From the NCBI GenBank assembly GCA_031372905.1, contig JANMMD010000146.1, positions 5,326-69,325 of the forward strand: DNA of 64,000 nt, in the 5' to 3' direction. Shown here piece by piece: positions 19,032 to 28,803 of the stretch; within the stretch, counting starts at the first letter, position 1, and each line of letters opens with the position of its first letter. The position numbers were made by a program, and so were the translations under genes. The notes beneath the pieces are model-generated. The model ran no database searches. It was given only the letters and a program-made list of their open reading frames with translations, and was not told the origin of the DNA. The stretch is from Betaproteobacteria bacterium (GTDB lineage Bacteria > Pseudomonadota > Gammaproteobacteria > Burkholderiales > Burkholderiaceae_C).

Positions 19032-19838
19032 CTACAGCGTGCGCATGCGCTGACGACGTTTGCGCCGTTTCCTCGGCGCCAGGCCGGCTTCGCCGCGGCG
19101 CGGGCGCTGTTGGCGGCGCAGCCACAGGTCCAAGGCCATCGCCGCCATCACCAGCGGCACCAGCACCCCGCAGACGAGGACCAGTACGGTGCCGTGCAGC
19201 TGGCCGTCGAAGAGCGAACCGCGCTGCGCGCTCAAGCCGGCGGCCACATGCATCAACTGCTGTCCGGCCATCAACGTGACGGCGCCCAGCACCGCCGCCG
19301 CCAGGCGCCAGGCCAGGCGCCGTGGGCTCGACTCGGTGACCTCAGAAAACGCCATCCAACGCGCCATCGTCAGGCCCACCAACAGCACCATCGCGGCGGC
19401 AGCCAGAACCTCATGCCGCCACACCACCCCGGGCCGAAAACCCGCTGCAAGCACCCATGCGGCCTGCAGCGCCAGCGCCACCGCGCCCAGCAGCGCGCCC
19501 GACAGCAGCAGGCGCCAGGGCCGCGTGGCTGCCGCGGGCAAGGCCACCACCGGCAGGCACAGCAATACCGCACCGAGCGCCAGCCCGAGCGCGCCCAGCG
19601 CATGAAATCCGACGGAAAACGCCAGGGGCTCGGCGGTCAGCCCGAGCACGACCGCCGCATCGATGCCGATGCCCAGTGCCGCTGCCGACAGGGCCAGCGC
19701 ACGCCACTGGTCCAACAGGGCAGGCCCGCGCTGGGCCAGGCGCAACCAGCCGTTGCTCAAGTGCCAGGCCAGGCCGGCCACAAGCAGGCCCAGCGTCCAA
19801 AGCAGCAGGGAGAAGTCGGTATCGCTCGATTCAGTCAT
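19032..19838 (-). CDS. integral membrane protein, about 7 TM helices, unknown function (weakly MHYT-like)
   Basis: 268-aa ORF, almost entirely hydrophobic helices, with an Arg/Lys-rich tail. Only degenerate MHYT-like motifs are present ([19 protein letters not shown]). Confidence 0.6.
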   Translation of the reverse strand: MTESSDTDFSLLLWTLGLLVAGLAWHLSNGWLRLAQRGPALLDQWRALALSAAALGIGIDAAVVLGLTAEPLAFSVGFHALGALGLALGAVLLCLPVVALPAAATRPWRLLLSGALLGAVALALQAAWVLAAGFRPGVVWRHEVLAAAAMVLLVGLTMARWMAFSEVTESSPRRLAWRLAAAVLGAVTLMAGQQLMHVAAGLSAQRGSLFDGQLHGTVLVLVCGVLVPLVMAAMALDLWLRRQQRPRRGEAGLAPRKRRKRRQRMRTL

Positions 19839-19885
19839 GGTGTGGGGTGATCATCGCACCCGAGCCCAAACTCACAGGCGCAGGC

Positions 19886-21493
19886 TCAATCCAGTGGCGC
19901 GGGCGCCGTGGGCGCAAAGAGGGAGGCCCGAAAGTCGCCGTGGTCGCCGGCGCTGCCGCGGTCGTCGTCGGCGGCCCACAGGGCCAGGGCGGTCGCGCTC
20001 ATCGGCTTGGCGAAAAGAAAACCCTGCAGTTCGTCGCAGCCCAGCGCCACCAGCACGTCGCGCTGGGCCTCGGTTTCCACGCCTTCGGCAACGACGCGCA
20101 GCTCCAGCGTGCGCGCCATCTGCACCACCGCCTTGACGATGGAGCGGGCGCGCTCGCTCTGCCCGAGATCGACGACAAAGGCGCGGTCGATCTTCAACTC
20201 GGCCGCGGGCAGGCGGCGCAGCGTGCCGAGGCTGGAATGCCCGGTGCCGAAGTCGTCGATGGAGACATGCAACCCGGCTTCGCGCAGGCGATCGAAAGCA
20301 GCGCGCGTGTGCGCGGTGTCTTCCATCGCCACCGATTCGGTGATCTCCACCGTCAGCCGCCCGGGTGGAATGCCATGCGCGCGCAGCGTCGCCGTGAGGT
20401 GGTCGAGCAGCCCGTCCTCGCGCAGCTGGTGGCCGGAGACGTTCACCGCCACGCGCATGCGCAGGCCTTGCTCGCGCCACGCCGCGGCCTGGCGGCAGGC
20501 TTCCTCGAAGACCCAGCGGCCGATGCTGCAGATGAGCCCATGGCGCTCGGCCAGCGGGATGAATACCGTCGGGCTGATGGTGCCGCGCTGCGGGTGCTGC
20601 CAGCGCAGCAGCGCCTCCGCGGCGGTGATCTGCAGGCTCTGCGCGTCCACCTTGGGCTGGTAGACCAGCTGCAACTGGCCGCGCTCCACCGCGTGCCGCA
20701 AGGCCTGCAGCAATTCGGCCTGCTCGCGCTGGTCCACCGCCAGTGTGGGGTCGTAGAAGGCGTGGCCGCCGCCGCCCACCTGCTTGACCGAGCGCATGGC
20801 CAAGGCCGCGTGCCCCAGCAGACGCGGCCGCGAGCCGTGGTCGGGGTAGAGCGCAATGCCGACCGACGCGCCGATTTGCATTTCCTGCCCATCGACGCTG
20901 AAGGGCCGCTGCAGCGCGAGCAGTGCGTTGCGCGCGGCCGTGCTGGCGTCGTCAGCCCCACCGGGCAGCAGCAGTGCAAATTCATCGCCACCCAGGCGAG
21001 ACAGCGCCAGCGGCAACACGCTGCCACGGCCCAGGCGCTGCGCGACTTGCAGGAGCACGGCATCGCCCACGCGGTGGCCGTAGCCGTCGTTCAGCGGGCG
21101 GAAGTCGTCCAGGCCTACGTACAGCAGCACCAGGCTCGCGCCCTGGTGGTCGGCGGCCTGCGCGGCTTCTTCCAGCGCAAGCTCGAACTCCGCACGCGTC
21201 ATCAACCCGGTGATGGCATCGCGGCCGCGCATTTCGCCCATCTCCGAGCGCATGGAGTCGAGGCTGCGGCGCAGCCGCTCGCGGCTGCGCACGAGGCGTC
21301 GCAACTGCCACAGCACCGCCAGCAGCACCAGCAGACAAGCGCCCAAGGCCCAGGCCAGGGGATGTTGGGACAGCAGCCCGTCTGCAGCTTGCTGGGCGAA
21401 CGCGCCCTCGAACGCGGTGACAGGGGCAGGAGAGGCCATCGCGAAACTATCGGCCCACCAAAGCGGCACTTGAGTCGCGAATGCATGGCGCAC
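19886..21493 (-). CDS. GGDEF/EAL domain protein (diguanylate cyclase/phosphodiesterase) with one N-terminal TM helix
   Basis: GGDEF motif RLGGDEFALL. EAL domain (QLVYQPKV ... AEALLRW ... ELKIDRAFV ... VVAEGVET). A start at 21493 or a nearby ATG is possible. Confidence 0.9.
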   Translation of the reverse strand: MRHAFATQVPLWWADSFAMASPAPVTAFEGAFAQQAADGLLSQHPLAWALGACLLVLLAVLWQLRRLVRSRERLRRSLDSMRSEMGEMRGRDAITGLMTRAEFELALEEAAQAADHQGASLVLLYVGLDDFRPLNDGYGHRVGDAVLLQVAQRLGRGSVLPLALSRLGGDEFALLLPGGADDASTAARNALLALQRPFSVDGQEMQIGASVGIALYPDHGSRPRLLGHAALAMRSVKQVGGGGHAFYDPTLAVDQREQAELLQALRHAVERGQLQLVYQPKVDAQSLQITAAEALLRWQHPQRGTISPTVFIPLAERHGLICSIGRWVFEEACRQAAAWREQGLRMRVAVNVSGHQLREDGLLDHLTATLRAHGIPPGRLTVEITESVAMEDTAHTRAAFDRLREAGLHVSIDDFGTGHSSLGTLRRLPAAELKIDRAFVVDLGQSERARSIVKAVVQMARTLELRVVAEGVETEAQRDVLVALGCDELQGFLFAKPMSATALALWAADDDRGSAGDHGDFRASLFAPTAPAPLD

Positions 21494-21538
21494 CGCGAAG
21501 GTGCCGCCGAATGAGAAATCCGCCCTGTGCCAGCGAAT

Positions 21539-23986
21539 TCAGGTGCGCTGGAAGCCGATGCCGCGGCGCTGCCGCACTTCGGGTTTGACGCGGTGCTCGG
21601 CTTCCAGCTGCGACAAGAACTCATCGGGCTCGAAGCCCAGGCCCAGGATGTCCACCTGGCGCTGCACGGCGGCAAAGTCGCCCGGCACCAGCTGGTCCAG
21701 CGCCGCCAGGCGCTGGCGCTGTTCGTCGCTCAGGCGCGTGGCATCCCCGCCCAGGGCTTCACCGATGAACATGCGCAGGCGCTGCTCGGGTTTCAGCGGG
21801 TGGAAGCGGATCTTGAAGGTGAAGCGGCGCAGCGCCGCTTCGTCCAGCTCTTCGAAGAGGTTGGTGGTGCAGATGAAGACGCCGCTGAAACGCTCCATGC
21901 CCTGCAGCATCTGGTTGACCTCGGTCACCTCGTAATTGCGCTCGGCCAGGCGGCGGCTGCGCAGGAAGCTGTCGGCTTCGTCGAGCAGCAGCACCGCGCC
22001 CTCGCTGCCGGCTTCCTCGAACATCTTCGCCATGTTCTGCTCGGTCTCGCCGACGAACTTGCTGGCGATGTCGCTGGTCTGGCGCACCATCAGCGGCCGG
22101 GAGAGGGCGTGCGCGATGTGTTCGGCCAGCGCCGTCTTGCCGGTGCCGGGGGCGCCGTGAAAGCACAGGGTGCTGCTCATCGCGCCGCCGCCACGGCCCG
22201 CGCCAGCGTCGCTTCGGGCGCCGGTTTCACCGCGGCGCCGCAAGGCCTCCACGATGCGCGGCAGCTCGAAGCGGCTTTCGGTGTTCAGCAGCGACAGGTC
22301 CCAGCCCGTCACCACCGCGCGCGCGCCGCGCTCGGCGTGGGTGCTGCCCAACGCGAGGTCGGCGTTGGCCAGCTGGCGTTCGATCAGGGCCTCGAAGGCG
22401 GCCGCATCGCCGGCCGGCGGCGCGCCATCCCCGGCAGCTGCGGGCTGCGCCAGCACCGCAAAGCGCACCGCGGTGCGGATCTGCGCCGGCGTCAAACCGC
22501 GCCTTTCCGCCAGCCGCGCCGCAAAGCCCTCGCCCACCGCCGCACCGGCCAGCGCACGCGAGATCAGGCCTTCCCGCGCGCCGGGCGGCGGGCTCAGCAG
22601 GCGCAGGTGGTACTGGAAGCGGCGGCGGAAGGCGGGGTCGATCTGCTCGATGCGATTCGTCACCCAGATCACCGGCACCGGGTTGGTCTCCAGGATCTGG
22701 TTGACCCAGGCCTTGCCACTGACGCTGCTGTTGACGCCACCGGCGTCGCTGCTGTCCAGCCGCGCGATGAGCTGCGCGGCTTCGCTGCTGATGGGCGGGA
22801 AGACGTCTTCCACCTCGTCGAAGAGCAAGGCCACGCCCGGGCTGCCCTTGAGGAAGACCTGGCTGATCTGCAGGCTGCGGTAGCGGTCGCGGCCGCTCAA
22901 GGAGTTGCCGTCGCGGTCGGCGTACTCCACCTCATACAGCTGCAGGCCGGCTGCTGCCGCGCACACCTTCGCCAGCTCGGTCTTGCCGGTGCCCGGCGGG
23001 CCGTAGAGCAGCACGTTCACGCCCGCTTCCTTGCGCTGCGTGGCGTGTTGGAGCAACGCGGTGAGCGTGGCCGCATCGTCAGCGACGAAGTGGAAATCGG
23101 CCAGGCCCAGTTCGCTGCCCGCCACCGGGCGCGTGAACACCGCCATCAGCTCGCCCGGTGCCCGGTACTCGCGCATCAGCACCGGCGGCAGCTGTTCGCT
23201 GACCTTCATCAGGTCGGCCAGATCGGTGATGTTCTGTTCCGAGATCAGGTTCTCGACCATGCCGATGCGCTCCAGCCGCGAACCGGCGCGCAGCGCCTCG
23301 GCCACCTCGGCGGGCTCGACGCCCGCCACCGCGGCAATCGCGGCATAAGCCTCCTGCGCATTGCTGACCTTGAATTCGACGAGCAGCCCGCGCAGGTCAC
23401 GCTGGTAGCGCGCCAGCGTCCCGTAGAGCAGCAACGCGCGCTCGGCCGGATTCAGCTGCAGCAGCCCGGCCAGCGCGTCGATGTTCTTCTGCACCAGCGT
23501 GCTTTCCTTCTTCAGCCGGCGCGCCAGCCAGTCGCAGCTGGTGGCCAGCACCGTCAGCAGGTCCTTCGGGGCGTCCTTGATGTACTCGTCGATGTAGAAG
23601 AACAGCGTGCCCTCTTCGTAAGGGCCCTGCCAGGGGCCGTGGCGTTGGATGAAGGCCTCGTCGCTGAGCGCCTCGTGACCCTTCCACGGTGCCTGGCCCT
23701 TGCAGCGCCGCGCCAGGAAGCTGCGCACGCGCCCCAGCACCGGCTGCGGCCAGACCAGGTGCGGGCCGACCAGACAGAGCAGGCTGTTCCAGTCACGCCG
23801 CAGGTTGAAGCGGCCGGCCTGGCGCAGGGTGAGCGTGAGCACGAAGTGCGAGCACAGCACGTCCAGCACCGGGGCCTGGGCCAGTCCGGGTGAAAGCAGG
23901 CAGCGGGGATCGGTGGCGGCGCGGGGCATCGGTGCTTCGGTGGCCTGGGGCTGGGGCAGTGCGCGGGTGGAGGCCGCCCGGGCCAT
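21539..23986 (-). CDS. AAA+ ATPase with two AAA modules and a large uncharacterised N-terminal region
   Basis: Module 1 has Walker A GPPGTGKT and Walker B LLFDEVED. Module 2 has GAPGTGKT and LLLDEADS. About 330 N-terminal residues carry no motif I recognise. The start is ambiguous: ATG 23986 or 23929. The track start 24148 would overlap the upstream gene. Confidence 0.8.
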   Translation of the reverse strand: MARAASTRALPQPQATEAPMPRAATDPRCLLSPGLAQAPVLDVLCSHFVLTLTLRQAGRFNLRRDWNSLLCLVGPHLVWPQPVLGRVRSFLARRCKGQAPWKGHEALSDEAFIQRHGPWQGPYEEGTLFFYIDEYIKDAPKDLLTVLATSCDWLARRLKKESTLVQKNIDALAGLLQLNPAERALLLYGTLARYQRDLRGLLVEFKVSNAQEAYAAIAAVAGVEPAEVAEALRAGSRLERIGMVENLISEQNITDLADLMKVSEQLPPVLMREYRAPGELMAVFTRPVAGSELGLADFHFVADDAATLTALLQHATQRKEAGVNVLLYGPPGTGKTELAKVCAAAAGLQLYEVEYADRDGNSLSGRDRYRSLQISQVFLKGSPGVALLFDEVEDVFPPISSEAAQLIARLDSSDAGGVNSSVSGKAWVNQILETNPVPVIWVTNRIEQIDPAFRRRFQYHLRLLSPPPGAREGLISRALAGAAVGEGFAARLAERRGLTPAQIRTAVRFAVLAQPAAAGDGAPPAGDAAAFEALIERQLANADLALGSTHAERGARAVVTGWDLSLLNTESRFELPRIVEALRRRGETGARSDAGAGRGGGAMSSTLCFHGAPGTGKTALAEHIAHALSRPLMVRQTSDIASKFVGETEQNMAKMFEEAGSEGAVLLLDEADSFLRSRRLAERNYEVTEVNQMLQGMERFSGVFICTTNLFEELDEAALRRFTFKIRFHPLKPEQRLRMFIGEALGGDATRLSDEQRQRLAALDQLVPGDFAAVQRQVDILGLGFEPDEFLSQLEAEHRVKPEVRQRRGIGFQRT

Positions 23987-24045
23987 CTTGCGGCAGCCGG
24001 CAGATCGGCACAAGCACCCCGGACCGGCGACAGGGACAAGAGGGC

Positions 24046-25200
24046 TTAGAACGCCAGGCGCAGCAGTTCGAACTCGGTGCCGGGGCCGTCGACGCGGTTT
24101 TGCAGGCGCAGGCGCACCGGCAGGTGGTGGCGCGCCGGGTCCAGCCACACATCCACGCGCGTGTCGTAAGGGCGCTCGGACTCACGCCGCAGGTGCACGG
24201 CGTTCACCACCTCGCCGGCGGGCAGCTGCAGCGTCTGCACGGCGACCACGCGGAAGACCCACAGCGCAGCGTCGCCACGCACGCCCACCACCAGCAGCGT
24301 GACTTCGCGGCCGGGCTGGGCCAAGGCCGGTTCGGCAGCCAGCACGCCGGGCAGCTGCAGCATCCAGCTCAGGCGGTCCTGCACACCGGGCAGCAGCGGG
24401 TGCTCGATGCGCGGTCCGCTGAAGCTGATGCGACCGCCGCCCAGGCCCGGCTGGCGCTGGAAGTTGGCGGCGCGCACTTCGCGGCCGCGCCGCGTTTCGA
24501 CATGGCGTTCGGGCGCGATGCCGTGCAGGTCCAGCGCGCCGACGCTGGCCGAACCGACCGCACCCACGCCCAGGCTGAGCGTGTAGGTCGCGGCCGCGGG
24601 ATCCGGGCGCCAGATCAGCTGCGCCTGCAGGCCGGCGCGCGGCGGCGCGGCGGCGCTCGGGCCGGGCAGGCCTCGCTGCACGGTGTATTGCAGCGTGGCC
24701 GGCGGTGGCAGGCGCGTGGGGTAGGTCGGCAGCGGCACGCCCGTGGGCAAGGCCGAGAGCGGGGCTTCGGCGGGCGCAACGGCCCCGCTGTCGTTGTCGC
24801 TCGTCTGGGCCGTTGAGGCCTCGCCAAGGGCAGTCGGGTCTGGCGCAGGCGAGTCGCGCGCAGGCGCAGGGGCAACAGCCACAGCAGGCGCGGGCTCGCG
24901 GAGGGCCGCGCTGCCAGACGAACGCGGTGTTGGCGGCGGCGGCGGCAGCAGCGAGGATTCGGAGGCTGGTGCCGCATCGGGTAGCGCCACGGGCGCCGCC
25001 GCCGGCAACGCCAGTTGCCGCAGCTGCAGCGGCCGGGCCGCCACGCCCACCGTGCCCGGCACCGGCCCGCCCAGCGTGCGCGGCAGCAGGCCCAGCAGCG
25101 CGGCATGCAGCAGCAGCACCGCGAGCACCACGCCCAGGGCCGGCCAGACACGGCGGCCCTGCAGCGTCGGGCTGATCGAACGGACCTGGGCCAGGGGCAT
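24046..25200 (-). CDS. DUF3108 domain-containing protein (N-terminal TM anchor, Ala/Pro-rich linker)
   Basis: The track ORF was trimmed to ATG 25200 (MPLAQVRSISPTLQGRRVWPALGVVLAVLLLHAALLGL). The C-terminal roughly 230 aa resemble DUF3108 (QDRLSWMLQL ... VDVWLDPARHHLPVRLRLQ). Confidence 0.65.
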   Translation of the reverse strand: MPLAQVRSISPTLQGRRVWPALGVVLAVLLLHAALLGLLPRTLGGPVPGTVGVAARPLQLRQLALPAAAPVALPDAAPASESSLLPPPPPTPRSSGSAALREPAPAVAVAPAPARDSPAPDPTALGEASTAQTSDNDSGAVAPAEAPLSALPTGVPLPTYPTRLPPPATLQYTVQRGLPGPSAAAPPRAGLQAQLIWRPDPAAATYTLSLGVGAVGSASVGALDLHGIAPERHVETRRGREVRAANFQRQPGLGGGRISFSGPRIEHPLLPGVQDRLSWMLQLPGVLAAEPALAQPGREVTLLVVGVRGDAALWVFRVVAVQTLQLPAGEVVNAVHLRRESERPYDTRVDVWLDPARHHLPVRLRLQNRVDGPGTEFELLRLAF

Positions 25201-25261
25201 CGTCACCCCACAATACTGCCAGCCCATCTCCTTGTTCCTCCTTCCGCTCCACGCCGACTGC

Positions 25262-26320
25262 ATGAAACTCGCCACCCTCAAGGACGGCTCCCGCGACGGC
25301 CTGCTGGCCGTGGTCTCGCGCGACATGACGATGGCGCACCACGCCACCGGCATCGCCACCACGCTGCAGCAGGTGCTGGACGACTGGAATTTCCGCAGCC
25401 CGCCGCTGGAAGACCTGTACGCCACGCTCAACGGCGGCAAGGCGCGCCACGCCTTCCCCTTCAAGCCGCAGCACTGCATGGCGCCGCTGCCCCGCGCGCA
25501 CCAGTGGGTGGACGGCTCGGCCTATCTGAACCACGTCGAACTCGTGCGCAAGGCGCGCGGTGCCGAGGTGCCGAAGAGCTTCTACGAAGACCCGCTGATG
25601 TACCAGGGCGGCAGCGACGACTTCCTCGGCCCCACCGACGTGGCGCGCTTCGCCAGCGCCGACTGGGGCATCGATTTCGAATCGGAAGTGGCCGTGGTCA
25701 CCGGCGATGTCGAGATCGGCACCGATGCCGAAACCGCCATCGACAGCGTGCGCCTCTTGATGCTGGTGAACGACTGGAGCCTGCGCAACCTCATCCCTGG
25801 CGAACTGGCCAAAGGCTTCGGCTTCCTGCAGAGCAAACCCGCCACCGCTTTCGGCCCCGTGGCGGTGACGCCCGACGAGATCGGCGATGCCTGGCAGGGC
25901 GGGCGCGTGCACCTGGCGCTGGAAAGCAGCTGGAACGGCCGCCGCGTCGGGCTGTGCGAGGCCGGGCCGGAGATGCGCTTCCACTTCGGGCAGCTCATCG
26001 CCCATGTGGCCAGGACGCGCCGGCTGCGCGCCGGCAGCATCGTCGGCAGCGGCACCGTCAGCAACAAGGACTGGGCGCACGGCTATGCGTGCGTGGCGGA
26101 GAAGCGCGCCATCGAGACCATCGAGCATGGCGAGCCGCGCACCGCCTTCCTGCAGTTCGGCGACACCATCCGCATCGAGATGCTGGGGCGTGACGGTCAC
26201 AGCGTCTTCGGCGCCATCGAGCAGCGCGTGGCGCCGCTGCACGACGCGGCGCCCGAGCCAGCTGCCGAACCCGCGCACGCGCCGGCCCCGGCCAGCACAG
26301 CCACGCCCGCAGCCGGTTGA
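25262..26320 (+). CDS. fumarylacetoacetate hydrolase (FAH) family protein
   Basis: The track ORF was trimmed to ATG 25262 (MKLATLKDGSRDGLLAVVSRD). FAH-fold motifs (DFESEVAVVTG, LLMLVNDWSLR, GSIVGSGTVSN) are present. Confidence 0.85.
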   Translation: MKLATLKDGSRDGLLAVVSRDMTMAHHATGIATTLQQVLDDWNFRSPPLEDLYATLNGGKARHAFPFKPQHCMAPLPRAHQWVDGSAYLNHVELVRKARGAEVPKSFYEDPLMYQGGSDDFLGPTDVARFASADWGIDFESEVAVVTGDVEIGTDAETAIDSVRLLMLVNDWSLRNLIPGELAKGFGFLQSKPATAFGPVAVTPDEIGDAWQGGRVHLALESSWNGRRVGLCEAGPEMRFHFGQLIAHVARTRRLRAGSIVGSGTVSNKDWAHGYACVAEKRAIETIEHGEPRTAFLQFGDTIRIEMLGRDGHSVFGAIEQRVAPLHDAAPEPAAEPAHAPAPASTATPAAG

Positions 26321-26324
26321 GCCG

Positions 26325-26813
26325 ATGACGGAGCTGCCCGGCTGGCTGAAGCACACCACGGTCTGGCTGCTGCTGGCGGCCGGCGTCTTTCTCGGCGTGC
26401 AGGCCTGGCAGCGCGAGGCCGCGGCCAGCCGCATCAGCATCAGCGGCGAGGTGGTGGAAATCCAGCGCAGCGCCGATGGCCACTACCACTGGCCCGGGCA
26501 GATCGCCGGGCAGCAGGTCGACTTTCTCGTCGACACCGGCGCCACCGGCACGGCCATACCCGCCGCGATGGCACGTGAGCTGGGGCTCACCGTGGTCGGC
26601 CAGGTCAGCTCCAACACTGCCGGTGGCGTGGTGCAGGGCACGGTGGTGGTGGGCGATGTGCAACTTCAAGGCGGCCTGCGCGCCGAGCGCTTGCGCATGA
26701 CGGCGCTGCCCGGGCTGGACAAGCCGCTGCTGGGCATGGACGTGCTGGGGCGGCTGCGCTGGCAGCAGCAGGGCGGCACCTTGCGTTTCGAGGCCCCGGC
26801 CACGACCCGCTGA
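26325..26813 (+). CDS. retropepsin-like (clan AA) aspartic protease, membrane-anchored
   Basis: Starts at ATG 26325, followed by a TM helix and then the active-site motif FLVDTGATGTAIP. The length of 162 aa is typical of the TIGR02281-type family. Confidence 0.8.
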   Translation: MTELPGWLKHTTVWLLLAAGVFLGVQAWQREAAASRISISGEVVEIQRSADGHYHWPGQIAGQQVDFLVDTGATGTAIPAAMARELGLTVVGQVSSNTAGGVVQGTVVVGDVQLQGGLRAERLRMTALPGLDKPLLGMDVLGRLRWQQQGGTLRFEAPATTR

Positions 26814-26925
26814 GCATTTCGAATCTGAAAGTTAGGGGCCGGCATGCAGCGCGCGGCAAAGCCCCACGCAGAATGCGCCCAATCTGCTCACAGGTGCTCA
26901 CGCGCCCCACAGGCCCGCCCAAGCC

Positions 26926-28803
26926 ATGACTGCCAGCACCCCCGCCAGCCCTCCCGCCAGTGCCCCCGCCAGCCCCTCCATCAGCACCGGCTTCCCCGAC
27001 ACGATGCCCCTGCCGGACAGCACCGCCGAGGCCGGCGCGGTGCCCCAGCCGCGCCCGCCCGCCCCCGCCACACCCCCCATGGCGCCGCTGCCCGCGGCCG
27101 AGCGCATCCAGGCGCTGGACGTGGTGCGCGGCTTCGCGCTGCTGGGCATCTTCCTGATGAACATCGAGTGGTTCAACCGGCCCTTCACCACCTTCGGTGA
27201 AGGCATGCCACGCGGCCTGACGGGGCTCGACTGGCTGGCCAGCTGGTTCATCGCCTACTTCGTGCAGGGCAAGTTCTGGACGATCTTTTCGCTGGTCTTC
27301 GGCATGGGCTTTGCGGTGATGCTGACGCGCGCCGAGGCCGCCGGGCGCGACTTCAAGCGCCTCTACCTGCGCCGCGTGCTGGCCTTGGCGGTGTTCGGCG
27401 CGGCGCATTTCATCTTCCTCTGGGACGGCGACATCCTCTTCACCTATGCCGTCTCGGCGCTGCTGCTGATGGTGGTGCTGTACGGCCGGCCCAAGCCGCT
27501 GCTGGCCGCCATCGCGCTGGCCATCGGGCTGGGCGTGGGGCTGGACGCCGAGGGCCTGTTCGCGGTGGCCGGCGGTCTGGCCGTGGCCGGGCTGCTGGCG
27601 CTGTTTCTGCGCAACGAACGGCTGCTGCACTTGCGCCGCCTGCGCGTGCCGGTGGTGGCGCTGCTGCTGCTGGTGTTCGGCGTCGTGGTGTCGGTGGCGG
27701 CCGTGGTCTTCTGGGTGGCGCCCGACCTGCCCACCGAGCCGCGCATGCCGACCAGCGTCTTCGGCCCGCTCTTGCTGCTGCTGGGCGCCCTGGCCTGGCG
27801 CCACCACCAGCCAGCCGCTGAGCGCCCCCTGCGCCTGGGCGTCACGCTCTACGTGCTGGTGGGCACGGTGATGACGCTGATGGGCCTGTCACAGCGCTTC
27901 GGGCCCGACCCCCTGGCACTGCCGGCTGCATCTGCAGCGGCCTCCTCGGCAGCCCTGTCGGCTTCCTCTTCGGCCACTTCAGCTTCGTCCGCGGCGCCCG
28001 TGACGGCCGCCTCGCGGCTGGCGGCCGCGCCGGCCAGTGCGGCCAGTGGCGCGAAGCAGAAGCCGCGCAAGACGCCCGAGGAGCGGGTGGCCGAACGCAA
28101 GGCCGAACGCGCCAAACGCCTGGCCGAATACCAGGAAGAAAAGGCCAAGGAGATACGCGTGATGAGCGCCGGCACCTATGGCGACACGGTGGACTACCGC
28201 GCCCGCCGCTTCTTGCAGAAGGCGGCCGGCGACTTCGGCGGTGCAGTGCTCTTCATCGGCATGTTCCTCATCGGCGCGTGGTTCGTGCGCGCCGGGGTGA
28301 TGGAGCGCAGCCGCGAGCACCTGCCCTTGTTCAGGCGGCTGGCGCTCGTTGGCCTGCCGCTGGGCATAGGCCTGGGCCTGGCCGGCAGCCTCATCGCGAT
28401 GCACCACACCCCGGGTGACCGTCTCGACGGTTTCGGCATCGCGCAAGGCCTGACGATGCTGGGCAACCTGCCCGCCTGCGTGGGCTACGTGAGCCTGGTG
28501 GTGCTGATGCTGCACGCCACGCCGGCGTTCGCGGCGTTGGCGCGCATCCGCGTGCTGGCACCGATGGGGCGCATGGCCTTGACCAACTACCTCACGCAGT
28601 CGCTGCTGTGCGCGCTGTACTTCCACCACTACGGCCTGGGCCAGTGGGGCCTGCCGCGGGCCTGGCAGGTGGTGTTCGTGCTGGTGGTCTACACAGCGCA
28701 GGTGGCCTTCAGCCACTGGTGGCTGGCGCGTTTTCGCTACGGCCCGATGGAATGGCTGTGGCGCGGCTTCACTTACCGCGAAACACCGAAGCTGCGGCTG
28801 TAG
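26926..28803 (+). CDS. DUF418 (YeiB-like) membrane protein with a long internal low-complexity/charged insert
   Basis: Family N-terminal motif ERIQALDVVRGFALLGIFLMN and C-terminal motif MALTNYLTQSLL ... GPMEWLWR. The start codon is uncertain (several in-frame Met in a Pro/Ala-rich leader). Confidence 0.75.
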   Translation: MTASTPASPPASAPASPSISTGFPDTMPLPDSTAEAGAVPQPRPPAPATPPMAPLPAAERIQALDVVRGFALLGIFLMNIEWFNRPFTTFGEGMPRGLTGLDWLASWFIAYFVQGKFWTIFSLVFGMGFAVMLTRAEAAGRDFKRLYLRRVLALAVFGAAHFIFLWDGDILFTYAVSALLLMVVLYGRPKPLLAAIALAIGLGVGLDAEGLFAVAGGLAVAGLLALFLRNERLLHLRRLRVPVVALLLLVFGVVVSVAAVVFWVAPDLPTEPRMPTSVFGPLLLLLGALAWRHHQPAAERPLRLGVTLYVLVGTVMTLMGLSQRFGPDPLALPAASAAASSAALSASSSATSASSAAPVTAASRLAAAPASAASGAKQKPRKTPEERVAERKAERAKRLAEYQEEKAKEIRVMSAGTYGDTVDYRARRFLQKAAGDFGGAVLFIGMFLIGAWFVRAGVMERSREHLPLFRRLALVGLPLGIGLGLAGSLIAMHHTPGDRLDGFGIAQGLTMLGNLPACVGYVSLVVLMLHATPAFAALARIRVLAPMGRMALTNYLTQSLLCALYFHHYGLGQWGLPRAWQVVFVLVVYTAQVAFSHWWLARFRYGPMEWLWRGFTYRETPKLRL

